The notes under the pieces are model-generated. The model saw only the letters and a program-made list of their open reading frames with translations. It made no database searches and had not been told where the DNA came from. A DNA stretch of 64,000 nt from Rebecca billardiae RCC1528 (taxonomy: Eukaryota; Protista; Haptophyta). Both the position numbers and the translations under genes were made by a program. Below, piece by piece: positions 32,901-44,300 of this stretch; within the stretch, counting starts at the first letter, position 1, and each line of letters begins with the position of its first letter. The stretch lies in the NCBI GenBank assembly GCA_965240325.2, contig OZ251228.1, positions 2,790,001-2,854,000 on the forward strand, in the 5' to 3' direction.

Positions 32901-35900
32901 GCGGCGCGGCATGCAGCGCGGCGCCGAGCGAGCCTGGTCGTCGAGGACGCGTCAATCAGCACCGCCACCACCCGCTTTCCCGCTCGTCTCGCGCCGCGCG
33001 ACTGAGCCGAGCAACAGCAGCAGCCTGCTGGGCCACCGCAGGCCTGCGGCCGCAGGGCTGCGGCTCGGGCGCGGAGCCGCAGCCCTGCGGGCGCGCGGGC
33101 GTGAGGAGTGGCGGCGGCGCGGCATGCAGCGCGGCGCCGAGCGAGCATGGGCGGCGAGGGTGCGCCGCTCAGCACCGCCACCACCCGCTTTTCCGCTCGC
33201 CTCGCGCCGCGCGACTGAGCCGAGCAGCAGCAGCCTGCTGGGCCACCGCAGGCCTGCGGCCGCAGGGCTGCGGCTCGGGCGCGGAGCCGCAGCCCTGCGG
33301 GCGCGCGGGCGTGAGGAGTGGCGGCGGCGCGGCATGCAGCGCGGCTCGGAGCGAGCATGGACGGCGAGGACACGTCATTCAGCACCGCCGCCACAAGCAC
33401 GCCCGCTCGTCTCGCGCCGCGCGACTGAGCCGAGCAGCAGCAGCCTGCTGGGCCACCGCAGGCCTGCGGCCGCAGGGCTGCGGCTCGGGCGCGGAGCCGC
33501 AGCCCTGCGGGCGCGCGGGCGTGAGGAGTGGCGGCGGCGCGGCATGCAGCGCGGCTCGGAGCGAGCCTGGCCGTCGAGGACGCGTCATTCAGCACCGCCG
33601 CCACAAGCACGCCCGCTCGTCTCGCGCCGCGCGACTGAGCCGAGCAGCAGCAGCAGCCTGCTGGGCCACCGCAGGCCTGCGGCCGCAGGGCTGCGGCTCG
33701 GGCGCGGAGCCGCAGCCCTGCGGGCGCGCGGGCGTGAGGAGTGGCGGCGGCGCGGCATACGGCGCGGCGCCGAGCGAGCATGGGCGGCGAGGGTGCGCCG
33801 CTCAGCACCGCCACCACCCGCTTTCCCGCTCGTCTGGCGCCGCGCGACTGAGCCGAGCAGCAGCAGCAGCCTGCTGGGCCACCGCAGGCCTGCGGCCGCA
33901 GGGCTGCGGCTCGGGCGCGGAGCCGCAGCCCTGCGGGCGCGCGGGCGTGAGGAGTGGCGGCGGCGCGGCATACAGCGCGGCGCCGAGCGAGCATGGGCGG
34001 CGAGGGTGCGCCGCTCAGCACCGCCACCACCCGCTTTTCCGCTCGCCTCGCGCCGCGCGACTGAGCCGAGCAGCAGCAGCCTGCTGGGCCACCGCAGGCC
34101 TGCGGCCGCAGGGCTGCGGCTCGGGCGCGGAGCCGCAGCCCTGCGGGCGCGCGGGCGTGAGGAGTGGCGGCGGCGCGGCATGCAGCGCGGCTCGGAGCGA
34201 GCATGGACGGCGAGGACACGTCATTCAGCACCGCCGCCACAAGCACGCCCGCTCGTCTCGCGCCGCGCGACTGAGCCGAGCAGCAGCAGCAGCCTGCTGG
34301 GCCACCGCAGGCCTGCGGCCGCAGGGCTGCGGCCGCAGGGCTGCGGCTCGGGCGCGGAGCCGCAGCCCTGCGGGCGCGCGGGCGTGAGGAGTGGCGGCGG
34401 CGCGGCATGCAGCGCGGCGCCGAGCGAGCCTGGCCGTCGAGGACGCGTCAATCAGCACCGCCACCACCCGCTTTCCCGCTCGTCTCGCGCCGCGCGACTG
34501 AGCCGAGCAACAGCAGCAGCCTGCTGGGCCACCGCAGGCCTGCGGCCGCAGGGCTGCGGCCGCAGGGCTGCGGCTCGGGCGCGGAGCCGCAGCCCTGCGG
34601 GCGCGCGGGCGTGAGGAGTGGCGGCGGCGCGGCATGCAGCGCGGCTCGGAGCGAGCATGGACGGCGAGGACGCGTCATTCAGCACCGCCGCCACAAGCAC
34701 GCCCGCTCGTCTCGCGCCGCGCGACTGAGCCGAGCAGCAGCAGCAGCCTGCTGGGCCACCGCAGGCCTGCGGCCGCAGGGCTGCGGCCGCAGGGCTGCGG
34801 CTCGGGCGCGGAGCCGCAGCCCTGCGGGCGCGCGGGCGTGAGGAGTGGCGGCGGCGCGGCATGCAGCGCGGCTCGGAGCGAGCATGGACGGCGAGGACGC
34901 GTCATTCAGCACCGCCGCCACAAGCACGCCCGCTCGTCTCGAGCCGCGCGACTGAGCCGAGCAGCAGCAGCAGCCTGCTGGGCCACCGCAGGCCTGCGGC
35001 CGCAGGGCTGCGGCCGCAGGGCTGCGGCTCGGGCGCGGAGCCGCAGCCCTGCGGGCGCGCGGGCGTGAGGAGTGGCGGCGGCGCGGCATGCAGCGCGGCG
35101 CCGAGCGAGCATGGCCGTCGAGGACGCGTCAATCAGCACCGCCACCACCCGCTTTCCCGCTCGTCTCGCGCCGCGCGACTGAGCCGAGCAGCAGCAGCAG
35201 CCTGCTGGGCCACCGCAGGCCTGCGGCCGCAGGGCTGCGGCTCGGGCGCGGAGCCGCAGCCCTGCGGGCGCGCGGGCGTGAGGAGTGGCGGCGGCGCGGC
35301 ATGCAGCGCGGCTCGGAGCGAGCATGGGCGGCGAGGACGCGTCATTCAGCACCGCCGCCACAAGCACGCCCGCTCGTCTCGCGCCGCGCGACTGAGCCGA
35401 GCAGCAGCAGCAGCCTGCTGGGCCACCGCAGGCCTGCGGCCGCAGGGCTGCGGCTCGGGCGCGGAGCCGCAGCCCTGCGGGCGCGCGGGCGTGAGGAGTG
35501 GCGGCGGCGCGGCATACGGCGCGGCGCCGAGCGAGCATGGGCGGCGAGGGTGCGCCGCTCAGCACCGCCACCACCCGCTTTCCCGCTCGTCTCGCGCCGC
35601 GCGACTGAGCCGAGCAGCAGCAGCAGCCTGCTGGGCCACCGCAGGCCTGCGGCCGCAGGGCTGCGGCTCGGGCGCGGAGCCGCAGCCCTGCGGGCGCGCG
35701 GGCGTGAGGAGTGGCGGCGGCGCGGCATGCAGCGCGGCTCGGAGCGAGCATGGGCGGCGAGGACGCGTCATTCAGCACCGCCGCCACAAGCACGCCCGCT
35801 CGTCTCGCGCCGCGCGACTGAGCCGAGCAGCAGCAGCAGCCTGCTGGGCCACCGCAGGCCTGCGGCCGCAGGGCTGCGGCTCGGGCGCGGAGCCGCAGCC

Positions 35901-38178
35901 CTGCGGGCGCGCGGGCGTGAGGAGTGGCGGCGGCGCGGCATGCAGCGCGGCTCGGAGCGAGCATGGGCGGCGAGGACGCGTCATTCAGCACCGCCGCCAC
36001 AAGCACGCCCGCTCGTCTCGCGCCGCGCGACTGAGCCGAGCAGCAGCAGCAGCCTGCTGGGCCACCGCAGGCCTGCGGCCGCAGGGCTGCGGCCGCAGGG
36101 CTGCGGCTCGGGCGCGGAGCCGCAGCCCTGCGGGCGCGCGGCCGTGAGGAGTGGCGGCGGCGCGGCATGCAGCGCGGCGCCGAGCGAGCCTGGCCGTCGA
36201 GGACGCGTCAATCAGCACCGCCACCACCCGCTTTCCCGCTCGTCTCGCGCCGCGCGACTGAGCCGAGCAACAGCAGCAGCCTGCTGGGCCACCGCAGGCC
36301 TGCGGCCGCAGGCCTGCGGCCGCAGGGCTGCGGCTCGGGCGCGGAGCCGCAGCCCTGCGGGCGCGCGGGCGTGAGGAGTGGCGGCGGCGCGGCATACGGC
36401 GCGGCGCCGAGCGAGCATGGGCGGCGAGGGTGCGCCGCTCAGCACCGCCACCACCCGCTTTCCCGCTCGTCTCGCGCCGCGCGACTGAGCCGAGCAGCAG
36501 CAGCAGCCTGCTGGGCCACCGCAGGCCTGCGGCCGCAGGGCTGCGGCTCGGGCGCGGAGCCGCAGCCCTGCGGGCGCGCGGGCGTGAGGAGTGGCGGCGG
36601 CGCGGCATACAGCGCGGCTCGGAGCGAGCATGGGCGGCGAGGACGCGTCATTCAGCACCGCCGCCACACGCACGCCCGCTCGTCTCGCGCCGCGCGACTG
36701 AGCCGAGCAGCAGCAGCAGCCTGCTGGGCCACCGCAGGCCTGCGGCCGCAGGGCTGCGGCCGCAGGGCTGCGGCTCGGGCGCGGAGCCGCAGCCCTGCGG
36801 GCGCGCGGCCGTGAGGAGTGGCGGCGGCGCGGCATGCAGCGCGGCGCCGAGCGAGCATGGCCGTCGAGGACGCGTCAATCAGCACCGCCACCACCCGCTT
36901 TCCCGCTCGTCTCGCGCCGCGCGACTGAGCCGAGCAGCAGCAGCAGCCTGCTGGGCCACCGCAGGCCTGCGGCCGCAGGGCTGCGGCCGCAGGGCTGCGG
37001 CTCGGGCGCGGAGCCGCAGCCCTGCGGGCGCGCGGCCGTGAGGAGTGGCGGCGGCGCGGCATGCAGCGCGGCGCCGAGCGAGCATGGGCGGCGAGGGTGC
37101 GCCGATCAGCACCGCCACCACCCGCTTTCCCGCTCGTCTCGCGCCGCGCGACTGAGCCGAGCAGCAGCAGCAGCCTGCTGGGCCACCGCAGGCCTGCGGC
37201 CGCAGGGCTGCGGCTCGGGCGCGGAGCCGCAGCCCTGCGGGCGCGCGGGCGTGAGGAGTGGCGGCGGCGCGGCATACGGCGCGGCGCCGAGCGAGCATGG
37301 GCGGCGAGGGTGCGCCGCTCAGCACCGCCACCACCCGCTTTTCCGCTCGTCTCGCGCCGCGCGACTGAGCCGAGCAGCAGCAGCAGCCTGCTGGGCCACC
37401 GCAGGCCTGCGGCCGCAGGCCTGCGGCCGCAGGGCTGCGGCTCGGGCGCGGAGCCGCAGCCCTGCGGGCGCGCGGGCGTGAGGAGTGGCGGCGGCGCGGC
37501 ATACAGCGCGGCGCCGAGCGAGCATGGGCGGCGAGGGTGCGCCGCTCAGCACCGCCACCACCCGCTTTCCCGCTCGTCTCGCGCCGCGCGACTGAGCCGA
37601 GCAGCAGCAGCAGCCTGCTGGGCCACCGCAGGCCTGCGGCCGCAGGCCTGCGGCCGCAGGGCTGCGGCTCGGGCGCGGAGCCGCAGCCCTGCGGGCGCGC
37701 GGGCGTGAGGAGTGGCGGCGGCGCGGCATACAGCGCGGCGCCGAGCGAGCATGGGCGGCGATGCTGCGCCGCTCAGCACCGCCACCACCCGCTTTCCCGC
37801 TCGTCTCGCGCCGCGCGACTGAGCCGAGCAGCAGCAGCAGCCTGCTGGGCCACCGCAGGCCTGCGGCCGCAGGGCTGCGGCTCGGGCGCGGAGCCGCAGC
37901 CCTGCGGGCGCGCGGCCGTGAGGAGTGGCGACGGTGCGGCATGCAGCGCGGCTCGGAGCGAGCATGGGTGGCGAGGACGCGCCGCTCAGCACCGCTGCCA
38001 CCCGCTTTCCCGCTCGTCTCGCGCCGCGCGACTGAGCCGAGCAGCAGCAGCAGCCTGCTGGGCCACCGCAGGCCTGCGGACGCAGGGCTGCGGCTTGGCT
38101 GCGGAGCCGCAGCCCTGCGGGCGCGCGGCCGTGAGGAGTGGCGGCGGCGCGGCATGCAGCGCGGCTCGTAGCGAGCAT
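29951..38178. repeat. Satellite 1: ~38 tandem copies of a ~213-bp GC-rich monomer (variants ~206, 210, 227 bp)
   Basis: Unit ..GACTGAGCCGAGCAGCAGCAGCAGCCTGCTGGGCCACCGCAGGCCTGCGGCCGCAGGGCTGCGGCTCGGGCGCGGAGCCGCAGCCCTGCGG..GTGAGGAGTGGCGG..; 14-bp and 3-bp indel variants; last copies diverged. Confidence 0.97.
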
Positions 38179-38344
38179 GTGCAGCAAGCAGGATGCTCTG
38201 AAATGAGCTCTTCCCGGACCCGTCCACCCGCTAGCCTCGCGCCACGACGAAACTGATGGTAGTTATAAGCTGCTAGCGTAGCAGCCTATTTTGTTGCCGC
38301 GCGTTCTGAGCGCCGAATATAAGCAGCAGCAGGTGCGCGAGATA

Positions 38345-41300
38345 CGCCACGTGCCGAACCTCGGCCGAGGTCTGGCGCGGCGCCGGACCTCCAGTGCGTG
38401 ACTGTCAAGCGCACTCAGGCCAAGGCACGCTGTAGCCAATCGAGCTGCCAGCCGATGCAGTAAAGCCCCGCGGAGCGCGCGCTCGGCCCTCTCTGCCATC
38501 TTTGAGCCTAGTGAGCCGATATCGGCGATTTGAGTGCCGGCCTGACGCGCCGGGCCCGGCGCGCAAGGCCCCGCGCGCCGGACCTCGGCCGACGTCCGGC
38601 GGTGGCGCCGGACCTCGAGTGCATGATGGTCGGGCGCGCTCAGGCTGAGCGCGCTGTAGCCGTTCGAGCTGTCAGCCGGTGTGGTACGGCATCAGGGGAC
38701 ATGCTCGATCCTCTCCGCCCTCGCTGAGCCCGAAGTCACGACATCGGCGCTCTGAGCGCCGGGCCCGGCGTGCCAGGTCCGGCGCGCCGGGCCCGGCGCG
38801 CCGGACCTCGGCCGAGGTCCGGCGCGGCGCCGGACCTCGAGTGCATGATGGTCGGGCGCGGTCAGGCTGAGCGCGCTGTAGCTTTTCGAGCTGTCAGCCG
38901 GTGTGGTACGGCATCAGTGACACGTGCTCGGTCCTCTCCGCCCTCGCTGAGCCCGAAGTCACGACATCGGCGCTCTGAGCGCCGGGCCCGTCGTGCCAGG
39001 TCCGGCGCGCCGGCCCCGGCGCGCCGGACCTCGGCCGAGGTCCGGCGCCGCGCCGCGGCGCCGGACCTCAAGTGCATGATGGTCGGGCGCGCTCAGGCTG
39101 AGCGCGCTGTAGCCGTTCGAGCTGTCATTCGGTGTGGTACGGCATCAAAGGACGTGCTCGGTCCTCTCCGCCCTCGCTGAGCCCGAAGTCACGACATCGG
39201 CGCTCTGAGCGCCGGGCCCGGCGCGCCAGGTCCGGCGCGCTGGGCCCGGCGCGCCGGACCTCGGCCGAGGTCCGGTGCGGCGCCGGACCTCGAGTGCATG
39301 ATGGTCGGGCGCGCTCAGGCTGAGCGCGCTGTAGCCGTTCGAGCTGTCATCCGGTGTGGCACGGCATCAAGGGACGTGCTTGGTCCTCTCCGCCCTCGCT
39401 GAGCCCAAAGTCACGACATCGGCGCTCTGAGCGCCAGGCCCGTCGTGCCAGGTCCGGCGCGCCGGCCCCGGCGCGCCGGACCTCGGCCGAGGTCCGGCGC
39501 GGCGCCGGACCTCGGGTGCATGATGGTCGGGCGCGCTCAGGCTGAGCGCGCTGTAGCCGTTCGAGCTGTCAGCCGGTGTGGTACGACATCCGGGGACGTG
39601 CTCGGTCCTCTCCGCCCTCGCTGAGCCCGAAGTCACGACATCGGCGCACTGAGCGCCGGGCCCGGCGCGCCAGGTCCGGCGCGCTGGGCCCGGCGCGCCG
39701 GACCTCGGCCGAGGTCCGGCGCGGCGCCGGACCTCGGGTGCATGATGGTCGGGCGCGCTCAGGCTGAGCGCGCTGTAGCCGTTCGAGCTGTCAGCCGGTG
39801 TTGTGCGACATCCGGGGACGTGCTCGGTCCTCTTCGCCCTCGCCGAGCCCGAAGTCACGACATCGGCGCTCTGAGCGCCGGGCCCGGCGTGCCAGCTCCG
39901 GCGCGCCGGGCCCGGCGCGCCGGACCTCGGCCGAGGTCCGGCGCGGCGCCGGACCTCGAGTGCATGATGGTCGGGCGCGCTCAGGCTGAGCGCGCTGTAG
40001 CCATTCGAGCTGTCAGCCGGTGTGGTACGGCATCAGAGGACGTGCTCGGTCCTTTCCGCCCTCGCTGAGCCCGAAGTCACGACATCGGCGCTCTGAGCGC
40101 CGGGCCCGTCGTGCCAGGTCCGGCGCGCCGGCCCCGGCGCGCCGGACCTCGGGCGCGGCGCCGGACCTCGGGTGCATGATGGTCGGGCGCGCTCAGGCTG
40201 AGCGCGCTGTAGCCGTTCGAGCTGTCAGCTGATCTGGCACGGCATCAGGGGACGTGCTCGGTCCTCTCCGCCCTCGCTGAGCCCGAAGTCACGACATCGG
40301 CGCTCTGAGCGCCAGGCCCGTCGTGCCAGGTCCGGCGCGCCGGGCCCGGCGCGCCGGACCTCGGCCGAGGTCCGGCGCGGCGCCGGACCTCGAGTGCATG
40401 ATGGTCGGGCGTGCTCAGGCTGAGCGCGCTGTAGCTTTTCGAGCTGTCATTCGGTGTGGTACGGCATCAGGGGACGTGCTCGGTCCTCTCCGCCCTCGCT
40501 GAGCCCGAAGTCACGACATCGGCGCTCTGAGCGCCGGTCCCGGCGTGCCAGGTCCGGCGCGCCGGGCCCGGCGCGCCGGACCTCGGCCGAGGTCCGGCGC
40601 GGCGCCGGACCTCGAGTGCATGATGGTCGGGCGCGCTCAGGCTGAGCGCGCTGTAGCCGTTCGAGCTGTCAGCCAGTCTGGCACGGCATCAGAGGACGTG
40701 CTCGGTCCTCTCCGCCCTCGCTGAGCCCGAAGTCACGACATCGGCGCACTGAGCGCCGGGCCCGGCGCGCCAGGTCCGGCGCGCCGGGCCCGGCGCGCCG
40801 GACCTCGGCCGAGGTCCGGCGCGGCGCCGGACCTCGAGTGCATGATGGTCGGGCGCGCTCAGGCTGAGCGCGCTGTAGCCATTCGAGCTGTCAGCCGGTG
40901 TGGTACGGCATCAGAGGACGTGCTCGGTCCTTTCCGCCCTCGCTGAGCCCGAAGTCACGACATCGGCGCTCTGAGCGCCGGGCCCGTCGTGCCAGGTCCG
41001 GCGCGCCGGCCCCGGCGCGCCGGACCTCGGCCGAGGTCCGGCGCGGCGCCGGACCTCGGGTGCATGATGGTCGGGCGCGCTCAGGCTGAGCGCGCTGTAG
41101 CCGTTCGAGCTGTCAGCTGATCTGGCACTGCATCAGGGGACGTGCTCGGTCCTCTCCGCCCTCGCTGACCCCGAAGTCACGACATCGGCGCTCTGAGCGC
41201 CAGGCCCGTCGTGCCAGGTCCGGCGCGCCGGGCCCGGCGCGCCGGACCTCGGCCGAGGTCCGGCGCGGCGCCGGACCTCGAGTGCATGATGGTCGGGCGT

Positions 41301-44300
41301 GCTCAGGCTGAGCGCGCTGTAGCTTTTCGAGCTGTCATTCGGTGTGGTACGGCATCAGGGGACGTGCTCGGTCCTCTCCGCCCTCGCTGAGCCCGAAGTC
41401 ACGACATCGGCGCTCTGAGCGCCGGTCCCGGCGTGCCAGGTCCGGCGCGCCGGGCCCGGCGCGCCGGACCTCGGCCGAGGTCCGGCGCGGCGCCGGACCT
41501 CGAGTGCATGATGGTCGGGCGTGCTCAGGCTGAGCGCGCTGTAGCTTTTCGAGCTGTCATTCGGTGTGGTACGGCATCAGGGGACGTGCTCGGTCCTCTC
41601 CGCCCTCGCTGAGCCCGAAGTCACGACATCGGCGCTCTGAGCGCCGGGCCCGTCGTGCCAGGTCCGGCGCGCCGGCCCCGGCGCGCCGGACCTCGGCCGA
41701 GGTCCGGCGCGGCGCCGGACCTCGGGTGCATGATGGTCGGGCGCGCTCAGGCTGAGCGCGCTGTAGCCGTTCGAGCTGTCAGCTGATCTGGCACTGCATC
41801 AGGGGACGTGCTCGGTCCTCTCCGCCCTCGCTGACCCCGAAGTCACGACATCGGCGCTCTGAGCGCCAGGCCCGTCGTGCCAGGTCCGGCGCGCCGGGCC
41901 CGGCGCGCCGGACCTCGGCCGAGGTCCGGCGCGGCGCCGGACCTCGAGTGCATGATGGTCGGGCGTGCTCAGGCTGAGCGCGCTGTAGCTTTTCGAGCTG
42001 TCATTCGGTGTGGTACGGCATCAGGGGACGTGCTCGGTCCTCTCCGCCCTCGCTGAGCCCGAAGTCACGACATCGGCGCTCTGAGCGCCGGTCCCGGCGT
42101 GCCAGGTCCGGCGCGCCGGGCCCGGCGCGCCGGACCTCGGCCGAGGTCCGGCGCGGCGCCGGACCTCGAGTGCATGATGGTCGGGCGTGCTCAGGCTGAG
42201 CGCGCTGTAGCTTTTCGAGCTGTCATTCGGTGTGGTACGGCATCAGGGGACGTGCTCGGTCCTCTCCGCCCTCGCTGAGCCCGAAGTCACGACATCGGCG
42301 CTCTGAGCGCCGGGCCCGTCGTGCCAGGTCCGGCGCGCCGGCCCCGGCGCGCCGGACCTCGGCCGAGGTCCGGCGCGGCGCCGGACCTCGGGTGCATGAT
42401 GGTCGGGCGCGCTCAGGCTGAGCGCGCTGTAGCCGTTCGAGCTGTCAGCTGATCTGGCACTGCATCAGGGGACGTGCTCGGTCCTCTCCGCCCTCGCTGA
42501 CCCCGAAGTCACGACATCGGCGCTCTGAGCGCCAGGCCCGTCGTGCCAGGTCCGGCGCGCCGGGCCCGGCGCGCCGGACCTCGGCCGAGGTCCGGCGCGG
42601 CGCCGGACCTCGAGTGCATGATGGTCGGGCGTGCTCAGGCTGAGCGCGCTGTAGCTTTTCGAGCTGTCATTCGGTGTGGTACGGCATCAGGGGACGTGCT
42701 CGGTCCTCTCCGCCCTCGCTGAGCCCGAAGTCACGACATCGGCGCTCTGAGCGCCGGTCCCGGCGTGCCAGGTCCGGCGCGCCGGGCCCGGCGCGCCGGA
42801 CCTCGGCCGAGGTCCGGCGCGGCGCCGGACCTCGAGTGCATGATGGTCGTACGCGCTCAGGCTGAGCGCGCTGTAGCCGTTCGAGCTGTCATCCGGTGTT
42901 GTACGACATCCGGGGACGTGCTCGGTCCTCTCCGCCCTCGCTGAGCCCGAAGTCACGACATCGGCGCACTGAGCGCCGGGCCCGGCGCGCCAGGTCCGGC
43001 GCGCCGGGCCCGGCGCGCCGGACCTCGGCCGAGGTCCGGCGCGGCGCCGGACCTCGAGTGCATGATGGTCGGGCGTGCTCAGGCTGAGCGCGCTGTAGCT
43101 TTTCGAGCTGTCATTCGGTGTGGTACGGCATCAGGGGACGTGCTCGGTCCTCTCCGCCCTCGCTGAGCCCGAAGTCACGACATCGGCGCTCTGAGCGCCG
43201 GTCCCGGCGTGCCAGGTCCGGCGCGCCGGGCCCGGCGCGCCGGACCTCGGCCGAGGTCCGGCGCGGCGCCGGACCTCGAGTGCATGATGGTCGTACGCGC
43301 TCAGGCTGAGCGCGCTGTAGCCGTTCGAGCTGTCAGCCGGTGTGGTACGGCATCAGGGGACTTGCTCGGTCCTCTTCGCCCTCGCCGAGCCCGAAGTCAC
43401 GACATCGGCGCTCTGAGCGCCGGGCCCGGCGTGCCAGGTCCGGCGCGCCGGGCCCGGCGCGCCGGACCTCGGCCGAGGTCCGGCGCGGCGCCGGACCTCG
43501 AGTGCATGATGGTCGGGCGCACTCAGGCTGAGCGCGCTGTAGCCGTTCGAGCTGTCAGCTGATCCGGTACGGCACTGACCCGCGTGCTTGGTCCTCTCCG
43601 CCCTCGCCGAGCCCGAAGTCACGACATCGGCGCTCTGAGCGCCGGGCCCGGCGTGCCAGGTCCGGCGCGCCGGGCCCGGCGCGCCGGACCTCGGCCGAGG
43701 TCCGGCGCGGCGCCGGACCTCGAGTGCATGATGGTCGGGCGCGCTCAGGCTGAGCGCGCTGTAGCCGTTCGAGCTGTCAGCCGGTGTGGTACGGCATCAG
43801 GGGACGTGCTCGGTCCTCTCCGCCCTCGCCGAGCCCGAAGTCACGACATCGGCGCTCTGAGCGCCGGGCCCGGCGTGCCAGGTCCGGCGCGCCGGGCCCG
43901 GCGCGCCGGACCTCGGCCGAGGTCCGGCGCGGCGCCGGACCTCGAGTGCATGATGGTCGGGCGCGCTCAGGCTGAGCGCGCTGTAGCCGTTCGAGCTGTC
44001 AGCCGGTGTGGTACGGCATCAGAGGACGTGCTCGGTTTTCTTCGCCCTCGCCGAGCCCGAAGTCACGACATCGGCGCTCTGAGCGCCGGGCCCGGCGTGC
44101 CAGGTCCGGCGCGCCGGGCCCGGCGCGCCGGACCTCGGCCGAGGTCCGGCGCGGCGCCGGACCTCGAGTGCATGATGGTCGGGCGCGCTCAGGCTGAGCG
44201 CGCTGTAGCCGTTCGAGCTGTCAGCCGGTGTGGTACGGCATCAGAGGACGTGCTCGGTTTTCTTCGCCCTCGCCGAGCCCGAAGTCACGACATCGGCGCT

